Origin: a candidate division WOR-3 bacterium
GTDB taxonomy: Bacteria; Hydrothermota; 32-111
Assembly: GCA_037481815.1 (NCBI GenBank)
Contig: JBBFKX010000002.1
Location: 64,001 to 128,000 of the forward strand
Reading direction: 5' to 3'
DNA length: 64,000 nt
The notes beneath the pieces were generated by a model, which had not been told where the DNA came from, made no database searches, and saw nothing but the letters and a program-made list of their open reading frames with translations. Numbering within the stretch: position 1 is the stretch's first letter; every line of letters begins with the position of its first letter. The translations under genes and the position numbers were made by a program. Below are positions 56,647 to 64,000 of the stretch, piece by piece.

Positions 56647-57320
56647 CTCTCAATAATAGTGTCAAGATTTATAACAACACCAACAGGGGTATAAGTACCA
56701 TACACATCGTAAATATATTCTGAATCCTTAACCATCCCAATACCCTCTTTATACCACCTTATAAATTCATAAACATATCCATAGTAAAATTCTCTTTCAA
56801 AAAATTTGACCTTCACTTTCCAGCATCCATCATAACCGTTGACATCCTCTCTACCTTCAACAGATGCAACAAGTGTGTCATACGATGAAAAAAAATAATA
56901 ATTTCCAGAATGGCCTTCCCATTTTTTACCTACATAAAGTGGAAAGTCCAAAAATTTTATTGGATACTCTGTAAACAAACTGGTTCCATAGGAAAAAAAT
57001 CCAAAATTGTTGATCGAGTAATAAATGTTATCATAATACCATAAAATATTACCAATACTATCATAAGCATATTTATTTAATACCCATAACTTATCACCGG
57101 TATCAATTTCTATCTGGTCTTCATTATAAAAATATTCAAGTTTTGCAACATTGTAATATGTACTGGTTCCATTGTTAAAAACAGAATACACATAAATTTT
57201 TTTTGGATCAACAGGCATAACCTCCTTTCCTGCACTATCGGAGAAAGGATTATATGGCCCTGAGCAGGATAGCAAAAATAAAACAAAAATTATGGGAAAA
57301 AAGATAATTTTTCTTTTCAT
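56643..57320 (-). CDS. Hypothetical lipoprotein (beta-rich)
   Basis: Lipobox LLSC, FPLYVGKKW, WYKEGIGMVK. GGGAG SD. Confidence 0.75.
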   Translation of the reverse strand: MKRKIIFFPIIFVLFLLSCSGPYNPFSDSAGKEVMPVDPKKIYVYSVFNNGTSTYYNVAKLEYFYNEDQIEIDTGDKLWVLNKYAYDSIGNILWYYDNIYYSINNFGFFSYGTSLFTEYPIKFLDFPLYVGKKWEGHSGNYYFFSSYDTLVASVEGREDVNGYDGCWKVKVKFFEREFYYGYVYEFIRWYKEGIGMVKDSEYIYDVYGTYTPVGVVINLDTIIER

Positions 57321-57340
57321 ACAATCTCCCTTTTTTTTTG

Positions 57341-57368
57341 ATTTTACTTAAACATTTTTCACTGTCAA
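57341..57368 (-). promoter_or_regulatory. sigma70-like promoter
   Basis: TTGACA-16 bp-TAAAAT. Confidence 0.7.
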
Positions 57369-57390
57369 TAAAATTTTTTATTTTATCTTT

Positions 57391-57420
57391 GGGGACGGTG
57401 CTTGACTTTTTGACATTTTT
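57391..57420. repeat. Short GC-capped intergenic element, possible REP-like/transposon-end remnant
   Basis: GGGGACGGTGCTTGACTTTTTGACATTTTT in an otherwise very AT-rich spacer, with an internal TTGAC direct repeat. Single copy in the window. Confidence 0.35.
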
Positions 57421-57445
57421 CTGTAACTATTCTAAAAAACATATC

Positions 57446-57473
57446 TTGTAAAAAATAAAACACAGGTTAAAAT
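57446..57473 (+). promoter_or_regulatory. sigma70-like promoter, leaderless
   Basis: TTGTAA-16 bp-TAAAAT, 7 nt to ATG 57481. Confidence 0.55.
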
Positions 57474-57480
57474 TGAAAAA

Positions 57481-58068
57481 ATGGATTTAACAAAGATACT
57501 TTCTATAATCTATATTTCGACCTTTTTTCTGGTGGTTTTAATAAATTCCCTTTTTAAATTGAAAAGAGAGAAAAACCATCTTTTTAACTTTTCTTTGAAA
57601 AATCAAGATGGTGTTTATTCATTGATAATTTTTTCTTTCACAAACATATTCTTTTTTGAAATCTTTCGAAACATCTTTTTTCCTTTCAACGATTTTATAT
57701 TTAAAAATTTTTTCAACCACTTTCTTTTCAAAATTTTTTCTGCTATACTTTTTTTGTTTGGAATAATACTTTATATCAGATCTCTGGTCGATTTAAACAG
57801 TGAGTGGGTGGTTGGAACAGATTCACAAAAAGTAAAACGACTTGCAACAAAAGGTACTTATTCTTATACAAGAAATCCAATCTATATTTTTTTCATGATA
57901 TTTTATTTTTCTATCTTTTTACTTTTTGGATCAATTGAAATGTTTTTATTTTTTATAGTTGCAACATTCATATTTTACAGAATCATTTTAATCGAAGAAA
58001 AAGAACTTGAAGAAAAATTTAAGCGTGAATATATAGATTATAAGAAAAGAGTAAAAAGATTTGTTTGA
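57481..58068 (+). CDS. Isoprenylcysteine carboxyl methyltransferase/PEMT family membrane protein
   Basis: L.TKGTYSYTRNPIY, EEKELEEKF..EY.DYK..V.RF, multiple TMs. Confidence 0.88.
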   Translation: MDLTKILSIIYISTFFLVVLINSLFKLKREKNHLFNFSLKNQDGVYSLIIFSFTNIFFFEIFRNIFFPFNDFIFKNFFNHFLFKIFSAILFLFGIILYIRSLVDLNSEWVVGTDSQKVKRLATKGTYSYTRNPIYIFFMIFYFSIFLLFGSIEMFLFFIVATFIFYRIILIEEKELEEKFKREYIDYKKRVKRFV

Positions 58069-58075
58069 ATTCTTC

Positions 58076-58149
58076 TGGCTGGGGAGCAGGGATTCGAACC
58101 CCGATAGCATGATCCAGAGTCATGAGTCCTGCCGTTGGACGACTCCCCA
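58076..58149 (-). tRNA. tRNA-Gln(CTG)
   Basis: TGGGGAG...CATGA-CT-CTG-GA-TCATG...GGTTCGAATCC...CTCCCCAGCCA. CCA is encoded. Confidence 0.96.
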
Positions 58150-58173
58150 ATTTTTTTATAAGGTATTAAAGAG

Positions 58174-58245
58174 TAGCGGTACGGGGAATCGAACCCCGGT
58201 TTTATGGCTGAGAACCACACGTCCTAGCCGCTAGACGATACCGCC
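58174..58245 (-). tRNA. tRNA-Glu(CTC)
   Basis: GGCGGTA...TGTGG-TT-CTC-AG-CCATA...GGTTCGATTCC...TACCGCTA. CCA is not encoded. Confidence 0.94.
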
Positions 58246-58249
58246 ATTT

Positions 58250-59677
58250 TTAGATTTCTAATATATCAGATTCAAGAACTTTTGTCAAGCGTTTGAGAAC
58301 CTCATCTTTTCCCAAAATCTCCATCATCAAGAACAACGATGGGCCTTCAGTTCTCCCTGAGAGAGCAACTCTCGTTGGATGTATTATATCACCACCTTTT
58401 ATTCCCGTTTTTTCAACATAGTTTTTGAAAACTCTTTCAATCTCATGTTCAGAAAAATCATCAAGATTTTTCAAATCTTCTGTTAAAACTTTCAGATGTT
58501 TCAACTTCTCTTCAACAAAATGTTTCTCAACTCCCTTCTTATCATACTCTTTTATATCATTGAAGAAGAACTCTGTTAAATATGGGAAATCTTTCAAATA
58601 TCTTGCTTTCTCTTTTACACTGAAAATTATCTTTAAAACCTTTTCCTTATCAAATTTTTCAATGTCTATCCCATACTCTTTATAAAAAGGTTTTACAAGT
58701 TCATAAAGTTTTTCATCAGAACTGTTTGTGATATATTTTGAGTTCATCCATTCAAGTTTTTTATAATCAAATACTCCACCTTTTTTTGCAACTCTATCAA
58801 AAGAGAACAGTTCAATCATCTCATCGATCGTTAAAATCTCCCTGTTATCACCTGGACTCCAGCCGATCAACGCTATGAAGTTAACAAACGCCTCAGGCAA
58901 CACCCCCATATCCCTGAAAGCAAGAACAGAAACTGTTCCAGATCTTTTTGAAAGTTTTGCTTTGTTTTCATCGAGTATCAAAGGAAGATGTGCAAACTCT
59001 GGTGGTTTAACACCGAGTAATCTATAAATATGGATCTGTTTAAAAGTGTTTGATATATGGTCATCACCCCTTATCACATGGGTTATTTCCATCCTGTAAT
59101 CATCAATAACAACTGCGAAATTGTAAACAGGTGTATTATCACTTCTTACAATTATAAAATCCTCTATCTCACTGTTATCCTTCTCTATCCTTCCATGGAT
59201 CAGATCATCAAAATAGGTTTTACCTTCAGGGATAAAAACTCGCCAGACATACGGTTTTTTTTCTTGAAGATTTTTTTCAATCTCTTCTTTTGACAGGTTT
59301 AAACATTTTCTATCATATTTCCACGCCTTCTTCTGTGCAATAACCTGATTTTTTCTTTCTTCCAACTCTTCTGGAGTACAAAAACATCTATATATTCCAC
59401 CACTCTTTTCAAGTTGTGGAATATGATCTATATAATGTGAAAAATAGTCGGACTGAAAAAATGGTCCTTCATCATAGTCAAGTCCAAGCCATTTAAGTCC
59501 TTCGATGATTATCTCTGTCATCTCTTTAGATGACCTTTCAACATCAGTATCCTCAATCCTCAATATGAATTTTCCTTTATTTTTCTTTGCAAAAAGATAA
59601 TTGTAAAGTGCAGTCCTTGCTGTTCCAACATGAAGATAACCTGTTGGACTGGGTGCTATTCTAACTCTTACTGTCAT
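58250..59677 (-). CDS. gltX: Glutamyl-tRNA synthetase
   Basis: RIAPSPTG.LHVG, LRIEDTD, CFC zinc motif, RGDDH, KLSKR. ATG 59677 follows GGAGG. Confidence 0.97.
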   Translation of the reverse strand: MTVRVRIAPSPTGYLHVGTARTALYNYLFAKKNKGKFILRIEDTDVERSSKEMTEIIIEGLKWLGLDYDEGPFFQSDYFSHYIDHIPQLEKSGGIYRCFCTPEELEERKNQVIAQKKAWKYDRKCLNLSKEEIEKNLQEKKPYVWRVFIPEGKTYFDDLIHGRIEKDNSEIEDFIIVRSDNTPVYNFAVVIDDYRMEITHVIRGDDHISNTFKQIHIYRLLGVKPPEFAHLPLILDENKAKLSKRSGTVSVLAFRDMGVLPEAFVNFIALIGWSPGDNREILTIDEMIELFSFDRVAKKGGVFDYKKLEWMNSKYITNSSDEKLYELVKPFYKEYGIDIEKFDKEKVLKIIFSVKEKARYLKDFPYLTEFFFNDIKEYDKKGVEKHFVEEKLKHLKVLTEDLKNLDDFSEHEIERVFKNYVEKTGIKGGDIIHPTRVALSGRTEGPSLFLMMEILGKDEVLKRLTKVLESDILEI

Positions 59678-61160
59678 TTTGCCTCCGTGCAATCTTTATA
59701 TATACGAAAAGAATGAAAATGTAGAGTAAAATTTTTCCAGCAATATTATCAGAATTAACAAAAAAAGTCAACCTATCGTTAAATTTAACAGTTTCGGTTT
59801 TAAACTCTTTCTTTCCGATAGAACTTCTCCAGATTATGTTTCCATACCAATCTATTACAGCAGAAATTCCTGGATTTGAAACTCTCACCAGATATCTTCT
59901 ATTTTCGACTGATCTTAAAATACCAGAATAAAAATGTTGTTTTAAACCATCACCTTTTATAAACCAGACATCTTCAGAAACATTTATCAGAAACTCTGCA
60001 CCGTTTTTTGAAAAACCTGAAACGAATTTTGGAAAGATCGATTCAAAACAGATGTAACCTGAAAATCTATTTTCGTTATAAGTAAAAACTTTCTGGGTTT
60101 TTCCAGGAGAATATTCGCCCTGTCCATAATCAAGTTTTTTTATTAAAGAAACTTTATCATCATAAGGTAAATGTTCGACAAAAGGTACAAGTCGTATTTT
60201 ATCATAGTATTCTATTGAAGAATCAGGTTTGAAAAGGAAAATTGAATTATAGTATTTATCATCCTCTTGAGATTCCCTTATCGCTCCAATGAGAATAAAT
60301 CTTTTATTTACAGACGAAAAATCTTTTAAGTATCTTCTAAAGGGTGATTCGTATGAAAAGAATATCGGTGAGGATGTTTCGGGAAACACCAATATTTCAC
60401 CATCATCCTGCAACGATAATTCAAGGAGTTCTTTTATCATATTGACTCTGTAATCTATAAAATCTCTGTATGACTCTTTCATGTAACCTTCAAGGTTTGG
60501 CTGTATCAAAGTGATTCTTGTTTTTTTATCGTTTGTTGAAAAATCTTTCTTCAAAGAATATATCCCATAATAAAAGATAAAAAGGAAAAAAATTATAAAG
60601 ATCAAAAAATAGAGTTTTACATTTTTCCAATCTGTAAAACTTTTATATATCAAAACTGCAAAAAGTATCACAAAAAATGTTATCAGGTATGAACCACCGA
60701 TATCAGCTGTTTGAATAAGAAGAGGATATTTTACAAGAGAAACTGAAGGGAACAACCATATAAAAGAGAAATCTCTTGTTGAACTCATTAAAATCTCTAT
60801 AACAGAATAAGCAATCGGAATCACAAAAATTTCAAAATTTTTTATTGAAAAAATAAAAAAAGGTATTGAAAAAAGAAAAGCATAGAGTGCGGAAAGGAAA
60901 AACCATCCAAAAAATAAAAGAACCTTCTGAAGACCAGTGAGATCAACATTCAGATTCAAAATCCAAAGAAGTGTCAATAACCAGTAGATAAAAAAGATCA
61001 AAAATGTTACCTTTTTTCTGTTCTTTTTGAAAAGTGAAATTGTAAAAATAATCAAAGCAAAAAAGGGAATATAAAGAAAACCAAAATCCATGATTTTGAG
61101 AGAAAGATATAGAAAAAATGGTGATAAAAAAACTAGAAGAAATTTAATAAAAGTAAACAT
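59661..61160 (-). CDS. lnt: Apolipoprotein N-acyltransferase
   Basis: N-terminal TMs, nitrilase triad FPET / YDKIRLVPF.E / ICFES, RSVEN.R. Confidence 0.93.
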   Translation of the reverse strand: MFTFIKFLLVFLSPFFLYLSLKIMDFGFLYIPFFALIIFTISLFKKNRKKVTFLIFFIYWLLTLLWILNLNVDLTGLQKVLLFFGWFFLSALYAFLFSIPFFIFSIKNFEIFVIPIAYSVIEILMSSTRDFSFIWLFPSVSLVKYPLLIQTADIGGSYLITFFVILFAVLIYKSFTDWKNVKLYFLIFIIFFLFIFYYGIYSLKKDFSTNDKKTRITLIQPNLEGYMKESYRDFIDYRVNMIKELLELSLQDDGEILVFPETSSPIFFSYESPFRRYLKDFSSVNKRFILIGAIRESQEDDKYYNSIFLFKPDSSIEYYDKIRLVPFVEHLPYDDKVSLIKKLDYGQGEYSPGKTQKVFTYNENRFSGYICFESIFPKFVSGFSKNGAEFLINVSEDVWFIKGDGLKQHFYSGILRSVENRRYLVRVSNPGISAVIDWYGNIIWRSSIGKKEFKTETVKFNDRLTFFVNSDNIAGKILLYIFILFVYIKIARRQNDSKS

Positions 61161-61755
61161 TCCTGTTTTCCACTTTCCATTTCGAAAAGAGCAATTTTTT
61201 CATAACCTCAAAATAAAGTTGATGTTCCTTCTCAAGAATCTTTTTCGAAACATCTTCAACACTTCTGGCATCTGAAATATCAACACAAATCTGTGCTATT
61301 ATTGGTCCAGTATCAACACCTTTGTCAACAAAATGAACAGTGCATCCTGAAATTTTTACACCATACTCAAATGCCTGCTTCTGTGCATCTTTTCCTTTGA
61401 ATGAAGGTAGAAGAGAAGGATGGATGTTTACAATTTTCAAATAATATTTTTCAACTATTTTTGTAGGTATTATTCTCATAAAGCCCGCAAGGAGAATAAG
61501 GTCTGGAGAAAAATCTTCAAGTATCTCTAAAAGTTCGACTTCTCCCTCATCTTCAATCTTCCATCCTTTTTTAAGATTTTTTAAAACTTTTGTTTCAACA
61601 TTAAACTTTTCTGCCTTTTTCAAACCTTCTGCATCAGGATTATCCGATATTACAAGAAAATCTATCGGAAGTTTTTCTTCAAAAGATTTTACAAGAAGGG
61701 ACTCCATGTTGGAGCCCCTTCCAGATATGAATATTGCAACCCTTTTATCCATCAC
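61144..61755 (-). CDS. purN: Phosphoribosylglycinamide formyltransferase
   Basis: SGRGSN, LAGFMRI, NIHPSLLP, GCTVHFV..GVDTGPII. Confidence 0.96.
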   Translation of the reverse strand: MMDKRVAIFISGRGSNMESLLVKSFEEKLPIDFLVISDNPDAEGLKKAEKFNVETKVLKNLKKGWKIEDEGEVELLEILEDFSPDLILLAGFMRIIPTKIVEKYYLKIVNIHPSLLPSFKGKDAQKQAFEYGVKISGCTVHFVDKGVDTGPIIAQICVDISDARSVEDVSKKILEKEHQLYFEVMKKLLFSKWKVENRNVYFY

Positions 61756-64000
61756 TCACCCTGCAAGACCTTGAATTCAACCCTTCTGTTTTTCTGATAA
61801 TCATCTTCGTTCTTCTCAGGGAACACAAGAGGTTTATCCTCTCCAAAACCTATTGCTATTATCCTCTTAGGATCAATCTTATGAACACTTATCAAATAGT
61901 TCCTTACAGATTCTGCTCTTGCCTGTGAAAGTTTTTTGTTGTATGAGTTTGAACCTCTTGAATCTGTATGTCCACTGATCTCAACCTTAATAGATGGGTT
62001 CTCTTTCATTATCAAAGCGAGTGAATCACAAACAGGATACGATTCAGGTCTTAAGGTTGCTTTGTTAAGATCAAAGAGAATATTGTTGAACACAAACACC
62101 ATCTTCTCTTTCAAAAGCCCAACCTCAAGTGTTGAAAGAACTCCACCTTTTATCTCAATATTGAATTTGTCCTGCTTGATATATTTTGGTGGTATCGGAT
62201 CTATCTTAATATTATAGAACCCTTTCTTGATCGCCTTTGAGGTGTCCATACCGATATCACCTGTCGTAAACGAATCAACAATGGTTTTCATATCGAGTGT
62301 AAAGATTTTAATAGATGAGTTAACAGGTTCAAGTGTTGTTGCATTGAAAGTTTTTACAACAAGTTTTCCATGAGTCGGGAACATTTCAACGATCTGTTTA
62401 TAGTCCTTTCCTCTTTCAACATCTATTGTAAAAACAACATCATCTCTGCCTGTTGATTTGACGGTTACAGCATGAGTTCCCTCATCAAGTCGTTTTGTTA
62501 CGATTCCAAGTGTATCAGTATATAGTGTATCGTTATCAGTAAAAATCACCTGAGCATTCTCTATGGGTTTTTTCGTGATTCCACTTATAACCTCAACCAC
62601 AAGAGTTCCCATCGATGGATTCATCTTATATATCCTGTTAACCTTTCCATTCGCTTTTAAAAAGAAAGAATCGATGATCGTATCATATTTATCCGCTGTT
62701 ACTAAAACTTTCAGATTTGTTTTCGGGAAATATTGTCTAAATTTACCAAGAGAATCAGAATAGAATGTATCCTTCTTGTTCATCGGGTTATCCCTGATAA
62801 CCTCGATTTTTGCGATAAGAGGTTTTTCTGTCATAGAATCTATTATCGTTCCAGAAAAAACTGAGATTATGTTTGAATGTGCTGCTGCATTCATGTTAAG
62901 ATGCGCACCTTTTGTGTAATATATCAAACCATGATCCTGAGATATTGAAAGATCTGATGTAAAGTTACCGAAGTTGAAACCGAGTCCTGCATTGAATCTG
63001 AATGTCTCCCTTCCACCCAGAGTTACCATACTTTCAAGTAAAAGAAAATGGAATGCTGTATACTGCATACCTAAACTAACTTTTGGTCTTTTCGTTGAGA
63101 ATGATGTTTCTTTAAATCCCTGGGTGTATCTTGCAAAAATGTTGAACGGCTGGTATCTTGCAGAATATGAAACACCAACATTTATCTGTGGTTCAAGAAA
63201 AGTTGTCAGATCACTTCCGTTATAAACGAGAGAATCACCAAGAAGTGAACTGATTATTGAATCCGACTTCTCGTCATCAGGAATAGTTGAGTCAGAATTT
63301 ATCGTCGTTATAACTCTATGGAGGTTTATCACATTCAAAGAGTCAGTTGCCATAAAGAAAGTGTATCTTCTTGCTCCATATTTCCAGAATATTCTTGATA
63401 TAAGATGTTCCCAGGAAAATTCAACCATCCATCTATCATCGATGTTACAGGAAACTCCACCTGTTACATCAAAACCGTGGCCTGGAAGATTTGAAAAACC
63501 TGGAGTTATATTGTCAACAAAGTTTGAAAAATTATCAAAATCTGTGAGTTGTCCTGTTGAAAAAGGTATCGCATAATCTAGGTTCATCCTTGTGACAACT
63601 CTTAAAAAACTTGAATCTGACTGGAAATAGAATGAGTCAGCGTAAAGGTTAAAATAGGAAACTCCAGCAAGGTAAGATAGAGAAAGACCGAAATTCAATC
63701 TTCCGTTATTTTCAAGATCAACCCCTCCACCAACACCAAATCCAAACTGACCAAAAATTTGAGTTTCAAATTTCAAATCTCTGAAATCATAAGTTGAATC
63801 GAACTGGTTTCCATAAAGCATTATATCAAAAAAAGCATCCGGGATCTGTAAAGAAGAACCCTGTTTAACATCAAACCCAAAACCAAAAAGTCCTATCTTG
63901 AAACCGAACAAAGGAAGTCCCATCCTCAGATATTCGTCAAGTAAAAAGTAAGGGCCTATATAATGTAGAATCGCCTGTTTCTTCTCTTCATTTATGGTAT
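61752..64000 (-). CDS. OmpA-domain protein: N-terminal beta-barrel-like region, ~3 carboxypeptidase-regulatory-like Ig domains and a C-terminal OmpA domain; 5' end lies outside the window
   Basis: Frame is open to the window edge (TINEEKKQAILHYIGPYFLLDEYLRMGLP...). Repeats GT(I/L)....T.(K/E)P. OmpA motifs GHTDSRG, LSQARAESV, NRRVEF. Confidence 0.88.
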   Translation of the reverse strand, partial: TINEEKKQAILHYIGPYFLLDEYLRMGLPLFGFKIGLFGFGFDVKQGSSLQIPDAFFDIMLYGNQFDSTYDFRDLKFETQIFGQFGFGVGGGVDLENNGRLNFGLSLSYLAGVSYFNLYADSFYFQSDSSFLRVVTRMNLDYAIPFSTGQLTDFDNFSNFVDNITPGFSNLPGHGFDVTGGVSCNIDDRWMVEFSWEHLISRIFWKYGARRYTFFMATDSLNVINLHRVITTINSDSTIPDDEKSDSIISSLLGDSLVYNGSDLTTFLEPQINVGVSYSARYQPFNIFARYTQGFKETSFSTKRPKVSLGMQYTAFHFLLLESMVTLGGRETFRFNAGLGFNFGNFTSDLSISQDHGLIYYTKGAHLNMNAAAHSNIISVFSGTIIDSMTEKPLIAKIEVIRDNPMNKKDTFYSDSLGKFRQYFPKTNLKVLVTADKYDTIIDSFFLKANGKVNRIYKMNPSMGTLVVEVISGITKKPIENAQVIFTDNDTLYTDTLGIVTKRLDEGTHAVTVKSTGRDDVVFTIDVERGKDYKQIVEMFPTHGKLVVKTFNATTLEPVNSSIKIFTLDMKTIVDSFTTGDIGMDTSKAIKKGFYNIKIDPIPPKYIKQDKFNIEIKGGVLSTLEVGLLKEKMVFVFNNILFDLNKATLRPESYPVCDSLALIMKENPSIKVEISGHTDSRGSNSYNKKLSQARAESVRNYLISVHKIDPKRIIAIGFGEDKPLVFPEKNEDDYQKNRRVEFKVLQGE

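Noticed and set aside
55177..58149. tRNA-anchored genomic island
   Set aside because: The genes look accessory, but I saw no integrase and no duplicated tRNA 3' end.
58038..58220. 60-aa minus-strand ORF
   Set aside because: It overlaps the two tRNA genes and is spurious.
25416..59692. Longer N-termini in the ORF track for degP, M23, dapF, argF, def, PNP and gltX
   Set aside because: The extensions lie in upstream genes or promoters. Downstream ATGs have SDs or coupling and match family N-termini.
1..64000. CRISPR arrays, rRNA, transposases, riboswitches/T-boxes, stop-codon recoding
   Set aside because: No repeat-spacer arrays or rRNA-like stretches. Intergenic gaps are too short for riboswitches. 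Genes read normally under code 11, with TGA, TAA and TAG all used as stops.

Overview
AT-rich (about 30% GC by eye), very gene-dense chromosomal segment of a diderm bacterium. It encodes Omp85/TamB, BamD, Lnt, an OmpA-domain protein and DivIVA. The gene content suggests an uncultured FCB-related lineage such as WOR-3/TA06, but that is inference only. Most genes lie on the minus strand in long, translationally coupled operons. These carry housekeeping genes (serS, ppdK, aspS, hisS, gltX with tRNA-Glu/tRNA-Gln, polA, nadD, hslVU, def, argF, dapF, purN, xerD), envelope genes and the start of a polysaccharide locus. No CRISPR array, rRNA, transposase or prophage was seen. Main points of interest: (1) a GGDEF / P-loop NTPase / TPR protein with STAND/NLR-like architecture heading a 20-gene operon. 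That operon also holds a TPR membrane protein plus a DUF4388/pilin-like pair, a cytoplasmic trypsin-zinc-ribbon protease coupled to a YbjN/CesT-like protein, and a His-less pseudo-EIIA. (2) A 1310-aa headless coiled-coil protein coupled to xerD. (3) An unusual expression grammar: 11 of 12 sigma70-like promoters have a 16-bp spacer, 6 appear leaderless, and two genes probably start at ATT/ATA. (4) A frameshifted lipoprotein gene behind a perfect-consensus promoter.
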